NCBI GenBank assembly: GCA_029098125.1
Contig: JAQXNS010000065.1
Location: 1 to 44,504, forward strand
Origin: a bacterium
GTDB lineage: Bacteria > Bacillota_I > Bacilli_A > RFN20 > CAG-826
Reading direction: 5' to 3'
DNA: 44,504 bases
Made by a program: the position numbers and the translations under genes. The stretch's first letter is position 1; every line of letters starts with the position of its first letter. Of the stretch, positions 35,997 through 43,875 are shown in pieces. The notes under the pieces were generated by a model, which had not been told where the DNA came from, ran no database searches, and saw only the letters and a program-made list of their open reading frames with translations.

Positions 35997-37155
35997 CTAA
36001 ATCACCTCCATTTCTAAAGTTAAGATTTAATGAAACTTTAAAATTTATGAAGAATTCACTAGCGATTAAAGCAAAGAAAAATACACCAATTAAAATTGAA
36101 CTTACAGATGAAGAATAATTTAAAGCAGAAGCAGCGTTTTCACTACCTTTTGTGATAAAAGCGACTAAAAAAGAATAAATTGCAATTTCACCAGTATTAA
36201 AATGGCCTAACCATGAAATTAAAACACCTGTAAAGCCTTGTCCATTTACCAAAGTTTGATTAATTGTGTGCGAACCAGCTGCAACTAATAACCAGCCGCA
36301 AATTCCAGATAATGCTCCAACAATAATCATTGTTCTAATGGTTACTTTATTAATACTGATTCCAATATATCTAGCTGTGTTTCTTGAACCACCTAAAACA
36401 TTAATTTCGTAGCCTTGTTTAAAATACTTAAGGTATAAAGTTAAAATAAGAGCAACAATAATTACGATAATTATTCCGATTACATAATCGTATGATTTTC
36501 CATCAAACATTGTCACTTTTGGAATCCAACCTAAATGTGTATCTTCATTAACAATTCCGATGGCAGTTTTACCAGTTGCTCTCCATTCATAAGAAAAGAA
36601 ACCGACAATAGCCATTGCGATATAGTTCATCATTAATGTAAATAATGTTTCATTTGTATTAAATAAACATTTAAAAATTGCAGGAATTACTGACCAAATT
36701 GCTGCAAAAATCATCCCAAATAATAACATTAGAGTTAAAACAGCAAAATTATTGTTTATTGTCGGAGCCATAAATTTCATTACAATTAATGATCCAAATG
36801 CTCCCATCAATATTTGACCTTCGCCTCCAATATTCCAAAACTTCATTTTAAATGCTGGAGTTACTGAAAGAGTTATTATTAATAAAATAGAGGTAGACCA
36901 GAGTAAATTTATGGTTTTTTGTAATGAAAAGGAAGTGACGCCTCTTTTTGTTGATGCAAAATTGTTAACAAAAACATTTTGCAAAAAAGTGAAAAAACTA
37001 CCTTCTGCAATAATATTTGATATTAAAGCGCATAAAATTAAAGCAAAAATTATACTTGAAATTTTGATTAGGATTTTCTTCCATGTTTCAAGATTTGCTT
37101 TTCTACTGATTCGAATTAATGGTTTACGTTCTTTTTTGAATAATTTAATTTCCAT
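35983..37155 (-). CDS. ABC nucleoside/simple-sugar transporter permease (NupP/RnsC-like)
   Basis: 390 aa polytopic membrane protein. It overlaps the downstream permease by 14 nt. Confidence 0.8.
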   Translation of the reverse strand: MEIKLFKKERKPLIRISRKANLETWKKILIKISSIIFALILCALISNIIAEGSFFTFLQNVFVNNFASTKRGVTSFSLQKTINLLWSTSILLIITLSVTPAFKMKFWNIGGEGQILMGAFGSLIVMKFMAPTINNNFAVLTLMLLFGMIFAAIWSVIPAIFKCLFNTNETLFTLMMNYIAMAIVGFFSYEWRATGKTAIGIVNEDTHLGWIPKVTMFDGKSYDYVIGIIIVIIVALILTLYLKYFKQGYEINVLGGSRNTARYIGISINKVTIRTMIIVGALSGICGWLLVAAGSHTINQTLVNGQGFTGVLISWLGHFNTGEIAIYSFLVAFITKGSENAASALNYSSSVSSILIGVFFFALIASEFFINFKVSLNLNFRNGGDLDGHN

Positions 37156-38719
37156 TTTCTTCGTTCTCCGTGTTTTTTGTCATTAAAAGACCAATTTCTT
37201 CTTTTGTTGTTGTTCTTGCATCAACAATTCCAGTGATTTTACCCGCACATAAAACAGCAATTTTATCGCAAAGAGCTAGAATAACATCTAAATCTTCACC
37301 AACATAAATAACTGCAGCATCATTATTCTTTTGCTCGTTTAATAAGTTATATATTAAATAAGAAGAATTTATATCAAGACCTCTTACAGGGTATGCAGCC
37401 ATTAATACTTTTGGTTGCGAAGCAATTTCACGCCCAACAAGAACTTTTTGAACGTTACCTCCAGATAATTTGCTTATCTGTGTTTTGATGTTTGGAGTAA
37501 CAACTTCAAGCTCTTCAACGATGTTTTTCGTTAAATTTGTTGGATTTTTCTTATCTGTAGTCAAAAAGTGTTTATTTGAGTTGTTTCTATATGAACGAAG
37601 CATAACATTATCAACAAGATTAAAATCTCCAACTAAACCCATTCCTAAACGATCTTCTGGAACGAATGATAATGAAATACCTAAATTTCTGATTTTTGTT
37701 GGTGAAAGCTTTTTCAAATCGACTTCTTCGTTTTTGTCGTTAATAAAACATATTTCACCATCTTCAATCTTATTTAAACCCGCAATTGTTTCAAGTAATT
37801 CCTTTTGTCCGCTTCCAGCAATACCTGCAATTCCAAGTATTTCATGGCTTCTGACATTTAAATTTATATTGCTAAGGACAACTCTTTCTTCGTTTCTAAC
37901 GGTTAAATTTTTAATCAATAGTTTGATTTGTGGGTTTTTTACTTCGCTTCTTTCAATATTAAGGTCGATTTTTTTACCAACCATCATTTCAGTAAGTTCA
38001 TTCTCATTTGTTTTTGATGTTTCAACAGTGCCAATTAATTCACCCTTTCTTAAAACAGCGACTTTATCTGAAATTTCCATAACTTCATTTAACTTATGAG
38101 TAATAATTATTATGGTTTTACCAGCTTCTTTCATGTTTCTTAGAACTTTGAAAAGACGTTTTGTTTCTTGAGGAGTTAAAACAGCAGTTGGTTCATCAAG
38201 AATCAAGATATCAACACCTCTAAATAGTACTTTAAGAATTTCTAGGGTTTGTTTTTCAGAAATAGCCATGTTGTAGACTTTTTTTCTTGGGTTGATATTG
38301 AATTCAAAAGCAGCAGAAATTTCATTCATTCTATTTTCTGCTTCTTTTAAGTTAAATTTTGCCTTAGGATTACCTAAAAGTTCTCTGTATTCGTTTTTAG
38401 ACAATCCTAAAACAACATTTTCTACCGCAGTAAAAACATCAATCAATTTATAATGTTGATGAATCATTCCAATTTTATATTTATATGCTTCTTTTGGAGA
38501 ATTAATTTTTGCTTTTTCTCCATTAACAAAAATTTCACCATTATCTGGAAAATAAATACCAGCGATTACATTCATTAAGCTAGTTTTTCCAGATCCATTT
38601 TCACCTAATAATGCAAGAATTTCACCTTTTTCTAACGCTAATGAAATATCGTTTAAAGCAATGACATCACCAAATTTCTTTGTTATATTTTTTACTTCAA
38701 GAGTTATATTTTTATTCAT
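37145..38719 (-). CDS. ABC transporter ATP-binding protein, duplicated ATPase (NupO/RnsB-like)
   Basis: Two NBDs (GENGSGKTS Walker A; LSGG signatures SEKQ/LSGGNVQK; LILDEPT Walker B). Start set at the ATG at 38719 (MNKNITLEV) behind GGAGG. The 15-codon upstream extension in the track runs through the terminator-like hairpin. Confidence 0.9.
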   Translation of the reverse strand: MNKNITLEVKNITKKFGDVIALNDISLALEKGEILALLGENGSGKTSLMNVIAGIYFPDNGEIFVNGEKAKINSPKEAYKYKIGMIHQHYKLIDVFTAVENVVLGLSKNEYRELLGNPKAKFNLKEAENRMNEISAAFEFNINPRKKVYNMAISEKQTLEILKVLFRGVDILILDEPTAVLTPQETKRLFKVLRNMKEAGKTIIIITHKLNEVMEISDKVAVLRKGELIGTVETSKTNENELTEMMVGKKIDLNIERSEVKNPQIKLLIKNLTVRNEERVVLSNINLNVRSHEILGIAGIAGSGQKELLETIAGLNKIEDGEICFINDKNEEVDLKKLSPTKIRNLGISLSFVPEDRLGMGLVGDFNLVDNVMLRSYRNNSNKHFLTTDKKNPTNLTKNIVEELEVVTPNIKTQISKLSGGNVQKVLVGREIASQPKVLMAAYPVRGLDINSSYLIYNLLNEQKNNDAAVIYVGEDLDVILALCDKIAVLCAGKITGIVDARTTTKEEIGLLMTKNTENEENGN

Positions 38720-38738
38720 AAATCCTCCAAAGAAAATT

Positions 38739-38773
38739 GCGGGATTTTTTAAAAAACCCCGCAAAACTCAACT
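38739..38773 (-). repeat. copy 4 of the repeated motif, here half of an intercistronic hairpin
   Basis: AAAAAACCCCGCAAAACTCAACT (38751-38773) starts 2 nt after the lipoprotein stop codon. GCGGG-ATTTTTTAAAAAAC-CCCGC (38739-38762) forms a stem followed, on the minus strand, by AATTTTCTTT. Confidence 0.85.
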
Positions 38774-38775
38774 AT

Positions 38776-39996
38776 TTAGTTAGAAATTGAAGTGATTCCA
38801 TCAATGATGACATCGAAAGAAGGAGCGCTTCTATAGTATGATTCATGGTAATAACCATCTTTAACAAATTCAGTTCCTTCTGGATAATTATATGTATATT
38901 GTTTGTTTGGAGACATATTTTCATTTGTTGGAGTTTCACCATTATTTACTGTGAATTTTGTTGTATCGAAAACATGTAATTCGCCAGAATTTAATTTATC
39001 TTTTGCTGTTGTAACAAGTGTTTTTGCTTCTTCGCTGACGTGTTTTCCATATTCTGTAATTTTTACTGATCCACCTTTAACTGTTCCAACATAATCAGTC
39101 TCAATTGCTTTTCCATTTTGAACACAATCAATAATGTGTTTGTAATATGGAGCCCAGTCAATTTTTGAAGAGACAAGATAGGTATCTGGGCATTGTTGAG
39201 CAGTTGATCCATTATATGTAACATTTGGAACGCCTTTTTCTTCACAAGCATTTGGAGCGCCGTATGAATCAGCGTGTTGAGAAATTAATTTACAACCGTC
39301 ATCGATTAATTGTTTTGCTGTGTTGTTTTCAGCAGTGTAATCGTACCAAGAATTTGTGTATCTAACTTCCATTGTGACACTTGGAACAACTGATTTTGCG
39401 CCAAGATAGAATGATGTGAAACCAGAAATTACTTCAGCATATGGGTGTGCACCAACATATCCAATTTTTGCTTCTTCAGCAGTATATTTACTTGCTTCAA
39501 TGTCTTCTTTCATTTTTTGTCCAGCAACAATACCTGCAAGATATCTACCTTCATATATTGAAGCGAAAGCATTATGATAATTTTTGACTGGATTTGTTTC
39601 CCTTGTATTAACTTCATTTGCTCTTGTTCCTGTAGCGTGACAGAATTCAACTTCAGGATAAGCTTCAGCAGCAGCGATCATGTAATCTTCGTGTCCGAAT
39701 GAATCTGCAAAAACAATATCACATCCTTCTTCTGCAAGTTGTTTTGCTGTTCTTTCGCATTCATCAGATTCAGGAATATTTTCTTTAACAATTAATTCAA
39801 TGCCAAGTTCATTCTTTGTTTCGATCATTGCATCGTAGAAGTTTTTATCATAAGTTGAACTTGCTGATGGATGTAATAATATTAAACCAACTTTTATTGA
39901 TCCATTATTTGAGCCACCATTGCCACCACATGCAGTTAAAGCACCAACTACGACAGGTAAAGCTGCTAAAGATACTAAACGAGAAAACTTTTTCAT
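38776..39996 (-). CDS. BMP-family lipoprotein, nucleoside-binding (NupN/PnrA/TmpC-like)
   Basis: Signal peptide with lipobox LTAC-GG; 406 aa. It is the first gene of the ABC operon and carries BMP-family motifs (GFTSFYLGA, ISQHADS). Confidence 0.85.
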   Translation of the reverse strand: MKKFSRLVSLAALPVVVGALTACGGNGGSNNGSIKVGLILLHPSASSTYDKNFYDAMIETKNELGIELIVKENIPESDECERTAKQLAEEGCDIVFADSFGHEDYMIAAAEAYPEVEFCHATGTRANEVNTRETNPVKNYHNAFASIYEGRYLAGIVAGQKMKEDIEASKYTAEEAKIGYVGAHPYAEVISGFTSFYLGAKSVVPSVTMEVRYTNSWYDYTAENNTAKQLIDDGCKLISQHADSYGAPNACEEKGVPNVTYNGSTAQQCPDTYLVSSKIDWAPYYKHIIDCVQNGKAIETDYVGTVKGGSVKITEYGKHVSEEAKTLVTTAKDKLNSGELHVFDTTKFTVNNGETPTNENMSPNKQYTYNYPEGTEFVKDGYYHESYYRSAPSFDVIIDGITSISN

Positions 39997-40059
39997 TTTT
40001 CAAATCCTCCTATAAAACAAAAAAAGCTCTTTTCGAGCCTCCACAGAAGAATTAAAAAC

Positions 40060-40170
40060 AAAAAAACATACTACAAGAATTATGTATGTCTTTTAGAATT
40101 TAATCCGTAGTGCTAGATTACGGTCCAGCGTAGAGACTTCCTACCAATTAAGGAATTATACGAAATCAAT
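40060..40170 (-). promoter_or_regulatory. purine riboswitch (guanine class) with terminator expression platform
   Basis: Minus-strand RNA UCGUAUAAUUCCUUAAUUGGUAGGAAGUCUCUACGCUGGACCGUAAUCUAGCACUACGGA matches the xpt G-box architecture: P1, J1/2 UAAU, P2 with a GG loop, J2/3 GUCUCUAC, P3 with a CC loop, and J3/1 ACU with C at the specificity position. It is followed by an ACAUAC...GUAUGU stem plus U7 (40060-40090). Confidence 0.85.
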
Positions 40171-40171
40171 C

Positions 40172-40219
40172 TTCCGATTGACGGAATTATTATAAATCAA
40201 GTTGGTTATTGGTTTCCAA
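40172..40219 (-). promoter_or_regulatory. candidate promoter (TTGGAA-N19-TATAAT) plus TTCCG-N5-CGGAA palindrome at the predicted transcription start site (TSS)
   Basis: On the minus strand, TATAAT lies at 40189-40194 and TTGGAA at 40214-40219, an over-long spacer. The perfect palindrome TTCCGATTGACGGAA at 40172-40186 overlaps the expected TSS. Confidence 0.3.
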
Positions 40220-40362
40220 GGATTATTTTTATTTGATTAGAAAATTAACGTTAAAATAATAAAATAAATTTATAAGCTTTGTTATATTCATATTAAATAT
40301 TAAAAAAGTGTTTTAAATTTTGGTACTTTATTTATTTTTAATAAATATATAGCAGAAAAATA

Positions 40363-40391
40363 TTGTATTTTTAGTACTTTTTTTATATAAA
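40363..40391 (+). promoter_or_regulatory. candidate promoter TTGTAT-N17-TATAAA for the membrane/McrB-like operon
   Basis: TTGTAT at 40363-40368 and TATAAA at 40386-40391. A strong RBS (AGGAGGGGGG) precedes the ATG at 40420. Confidence 0.45.
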
Positions 40392-40419
40392 AAAGCGTCG
40401 TATTTAGGAGGGGGGTTCT

Positions 40420-41286
40420 ATGAGCAAAAATATAATTGCACAAAAATCTAAAGATCTTATCAAATTTACCCTTAAACATTACAGTTTTAAAGATAAGTTA
40501 GTTTTAGTTATTTATGTATTAATGTCATTTATTGGTAAATGTATATTTTTTATTAAGCCAGTATTTGATGTTGCTGATGACAATTTAGCTAGAATGATTG
40601 TCGAAACGCATTATTTAAATTTTCCAATGGTATTTAAAGGAATTAAAAAAAGATATGGCGAATTACTATTAGTCGATACCATTCGTTCTCTTGAGTCATT
40701 AGCTATTGCTCTAGTTCTTTTTGGCTTACCATTTTTAATCATTTCATTGACACCTAATCCAGCAAATGAACAAACACCTGGTCATTTTATTATCTATGGT
40801 CTTGCAGTTTTGACACTAATTATTTCTTACTTAATTGGTGTTAAATATTGGGCAGTGCCACATATAATTTTAGCAAACTCAAATCTCACAGGTAGTGATG
40901 GAATGTTAATGTCTAAATTAAGTAAAAAGCAATACGGAGGTAAAGTTTTCTTAGCTCGTTTACCTTATTACTTAATGGTGATTCTTTTTATTGGATTATT
41001 TGTTGGAACAATTTTGATTATTCAAAGTATTACAAATTACGATAATGTACTTATTGTTTCTGTTTTTTCAGCTATAGTTCCACTTATTTTGTCACTCCTA
41101 TGGCTTGTTATCTATAGAATTTATATTTCAAAATGCGTAAAATCTTATCTTATTTATCAAGAAGTTATAAAAATTTCAAAACCTATCGTTGCTAAACAAG
41201 TCAGTGGCGATAAACTTGACTATGTACCATTATTTGATGATGGTGAAATTGATGCTTCAATTTTAAATCAAAAAGGAGGCAAATAA
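40420..41286 (+). CDS. hypothetical polytopic membrane protein (288 aa)
   Basis: Strong RBS and at least 5 hydrophobic helices. No motif I can assign. First gene of a tightly spaced operon. Confidence 0.7.
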   Translation: MSKNIIAQKSKDLIKFTLKHYSFKDKLVLVIYVLMSFIGKCIFFIKPVFDVADDNLARMIVETHYLNFPMVFKGIKKRYGELLLVDTIRSLESLAIALVLFGLPFLIISLTPNPANEQTPGHFIIYGLAVLTLIISYLIGVKYWAVPHIILANSNLTGSDGMLMSKLSKKQYGGKVFLARLPYYLMVILFIGLFVGTILIIQSITNYDNVLIVSVFSAIVPLILSLLWLVIYRIYISKCVKSYLIYQEVIKISKPIVAKQVSGDKLDYVPLFDDGEIDASILNQKGGK

Positions 41287-41287
41287 A

Positions 41288-41890
41288 ATGACAGAATATT
41301 TTTGGTTTGTAATTTTAGCTGCAGTTGTAGTTTTTCTAACTTTTTTAATTGTCCCAATTTTATTTTCAATTAAAGATTTAAAAAGAACTCCTCTTTTACA
41401 TTTTGAAGATAATGGAAATTTAGTTCTTGAAGATAGTGAAGCTGATAAATATTTTTCAAGTGCAAAAATCGAAGATAAAACTTTATCAATGGTTTGCAAA
41501 GAAGACCATGATTTTGATTTAACTTTGATCGTATCTTATGGCAAGAAAAAAACTCTTAAAAATTATTCTTTTAAAGCAAAAAGTAATGACATTTTAACAG
41601 TCACATTAAAAGATAAAGCAACAACTGTTGGTTTTTTATTTAACAAAGTTGACGGTAAAATTATTTCAAAATTTAATAGATACACTACAATTAAATCATT
41701 AATTATTGCTTATTTAATTTCCGGATTAGTTTTTGCTGGTTTTGTTTTTGGATATTCTGTTATTGAAGCAATGGCTTTTTATGAAGATCCATTGATTACA
41801 GTTTTTTATATTCTATCACTTGCTGGAATAGTTGCAGCAATCGCAGGACTATTTTTAACTATGCTATTTGATAGAAAGGTTAGAAATTAG
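41288..41890 (+). CDS. hypothetical membrane protein (200 aa): N-terminal TM, soluble beta-rich domain, two C-terminal TMs
   Basis: AGGAGG RBS. The start lies 1 nt after the upstream stop. Hydrophobic segments are at residues ~5-27 and ~135-195. Confidence 0.7.
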   Translation: MTEYFWFVILAAVVVFLTFLIVPILFSIKDLKRTPLLHFEDNGNLVLEDSEADKYFSSAKIEDKTLSMVCKEDHDFDLTLIVSYGKKKTLKNYSFKAKSNDILTVTLKDKATTVGFLFNKVDGKIISKFNRYTTIKSLIIAYLISGLVFAGFVFGYSVIEAMAFYEDPLITVFYILSLAGIVAAIAGLFLTMLFDRKVRN

Positions 41891-41901
41891 GAGGAATTGT
41901 T

Positions 41902-42675
41902 ATGGTAGAAGTAAAATTAATAGGCCAAATTCCTGTAAAACAAAATTCAGCAAATTCAGATAAATTTGTTGTAAATGGCGCAAGCATTTATGAGGCTCAA
42001 AATGGTGATAAATATGTATTTTTATCTTTAAAAAACCCTCAAAAGTCCCCTATTTTTGGTTTTAGTTTAAATATTAGACAATATGATGCAGCTGGTGCAT
42101 TTATTAAAGAAGGTAGATATTTTGATACTCAAACATATTGTGGTAGAGAACAAACTTACGTCCTTGAAAATCCAATTTCTGTTGAAAAAGAGTGTGAAGC
42201 TTTAGAAATTGCTGTTGTTTCTGTAATTACTTTTGAAGGAAAAATTCATAAATCAGAAATATCTATTCCAACAAGTGAAGAAATGAAACTTGCAAAAATT
42301 AATGCTTCAATTATCAAAGAAGAAAAGAAAGGTGAAGCTAAAGAAGAAGTCGTTTCAAAAGAAGAAAATGTTACTCCAGTTGAAGAAACTAAAGAAGAAA
42401 ATGTTACTCCAGTTGAAGAAAATAAAGCAGAAGATATTTATGATGAAAATGAAGATGATGAATTAGATGAAACACCAAAAAATCATGTCGTTTCGTTAGA
42501 TGACAACACTTATAAGACAATTCCAATTTTACCACAAGTTTTAGGTGCTCTAATTGCTGTTGGATTACTTATCTTTATTTTCCTTGTTATTGCAGCAATT
42601 GCAAATTCATTCCTTGAATATGCTGGATATGACGATTTCAAGGGTTTCTTCCCTGACTTCTGGCTTGGTAAATAG
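41902..42675 (+). CDS. hypothetical tail-anchored protein (257 aa) with an acidic repeat linker
   Basis: AGGAGG RBS. N-terminal domain of about 120 aa, E/K-rich linker containing a duplicated KEENVTPVEE unit, and a single C-terminal TM (LGALIAVGLLIFIFLVIAAIA). Confidence 0.7.
   Translation: MVEVKLIGQIPVKQNSANSDKFVVNGASIYEAQNGDKYVFLSLKNPQKSPIFGFSLNIRQYDAAGAFIKEGRYFDTQTYCGREQTYVLENPISVEKECEALEIAVVSVITFEGKIHKSEISIPTSEEMKLAKINASIIKEEKKGEAKEEVVSKEENVTPVEETKEENVTPVEENKAEDIYDENEDDELDETPKNHVVSLDDNTYKTIPILPQVLGALIAVGLLIFIFLVIAAIANSFLEYAGYDDFKGFFPDFWLGK
42358..42423 (+). repeat. 33-bp tandem duplication (2 units, 1 mismatch) inside the tail-anchored protein gene
   Basis: AAAGAAGAAAATGTTACTCCAGTTGAAGAAACT followed by AAAGAAGAAAATGTTACTCCAGTTGAAGAAAAT. 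Confidence 0.95.
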
Positions 42676-42678
42676 AGT

Positions 42679-43875
42679 ATGAATACAAAATATTTTAGTA
42701 AAGAAAAAAAGTTATTCGAACAAAACAATGACGAAATTAACTATCAATATGTTGGAAATGGTTTGGTAATTGGTTCAAAAACTTCAAAGTTTAAAGTTGT
42801 TGATGATTTCAAAAAAGATGAAGAAGAAGTTTTAAACACACCAGTAATTAAAAATACAAATCAAGATATTTTTTATGCTGAAGAAATCGTCCAAGATGAT
42901 GATTTATATGGCCAAGGTTTTAAAGACAGACTTTTAGATAAAGAAGCACAAAGAAGTTTTGTCGAAATTGGAAAGGATATCGATGAAGCGATTCTTAAAA
43001 ATGGTGTTAAAACAAATATTGGTTTTGAGTTAATTTCAAGCATGCAATTTTCTAGAATTATGATGATTGATTATTTAGAAAATAGTCTTGAAATCATGAA
43101 ACCAATTTTAAAAACGCTAAATTCCTTTTCCTTTATATATAATAAGAATGAAATTGATGAAATTAATCATTCTCAAAAATTATTAAGTGTTTTTGAATAC
43201 GCAAATAAAAATAAAAGTATCCCTGTTTATATTTTCTTAAATAAGTTTGAAGCAGAGAAAATTTTTGATTTCCTTAAAGCTTTTTATGCTTATTTTGACA
43301 ATCCTGATGGCGATAATTATATAAATACTTTTGGAAAATTAAATTACATTCCTCATAATTTATATTTTATTGTTAGCTTAGATAAAAATGAATTTGCATA
43401 TAATATCAAGAGAAAATTACTTCGTTATATTTCAAAAATTCATTTTAAAGCTGAACTTGTTGAAGAAAAACAAAAATATTCTTTACAAACTATCTCTCTT
43501 GAAGAATTAGCTTTAAGCTTAAAAGAAGTTGGTGATAGTTTTGCTTTAAATGATGATTTATGGAAGAAAGTTGATGGACTTGTTGACTTAATTAGCAAAA
43601 CTAATGGTTATTATATCCATAATAAAATTGAAGTTAGACTTGAAAACTATATGGTTGCTTATAGTGGAAAAATTAGCGATAGCTATGAATTATTAGATAT
43701 AACACTTGCAAATAATATTGCTCATGAAGCATTTATTACAAAAGATCCAAGTCTTTATCAAGATAAAATTGACATTGAAGCTTTTATTAATAACTCATTT
43801 GGCTTTGATAGAATGGAAAATGTTCGTAAAGAATTTAATGAATATCTACATTTTGCTCTTAAGGAGGTCAAATAA
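42679..43875 (+). CDS. hypothetical 398-aa protein; apparent degenerate McrB-like AAA+ domain (pseudo-NTPase)
   Basis: GLVIGSKTS occupies the place of a P-loop. PVYIFLNKFEAEKIFDFLKAFYAYFD ... YIPHNLYFIVSLDKNE ... KLLRYISKIHF parallels E. coli McrB YIFIIDEINRANLSKVFGEVMMLME ... YVPENVYIIGLMNTAD ... ALRRRFSF, but with the DE of Walker B replaced by NK. Confidence 0.4.
   Translation: MNTKYFSKEKKLFEQNNDEINYQYVGNGLVIGSKTSKFKVVDDFKKDEEEVLNTPVIKNTNQDIFYAEEIVQDDDLYGQGFKDRLLDKEAQRSFVEIGKDIDEAILKNGVKTNIGFELISSMQFSRIMMIDYLENSLEIMKPILKTLNSFSFIYNKNEIDEINHSQKLLSVFEYANKNKSIPVYIFLNKFEAEKIFDFLKAFYAYFDNPDGDNYINTFGKLNYIPHNLYFIVSLDKNEFAYNIKRKLLRYISKIHFKAELVEEKQKYSLQTISLEELALSLKEVGDSFALNDDLWKKVDGLVDLISKTNGYYIHNKIEVRLENYMVAYSGKISDSYELLDITLANNIAHEAFITKDPSLYQDKIDIEAFINNSFGFDRMENVRKEFNEYLHFALKEVK

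Noticed and set aside
37470-38099. ORF 37470..38099 (209 aa, plus strand), and similar antisense ORFs at 1594-1809, 19156-19437, 22417-22725, 22795-23178, 36911-37186 and 44101-44322
   Set aside because: Each lies entirely antisense to a well-supported conserved gene. They show Ser/Phe/Leu-rich composition typical of reverse-frame artefacts in AT-rich DNA, and none has an RBS.
6781-38773. The five motif copies considered as a CRISPR array or clustered repeat
   Set aside because: The copies are kilobases apart, in mixed orientation, each tied to a gene end or a coding region. There is no regular spacing and there are no cas genes, so this is a dispersed motif and not an array.
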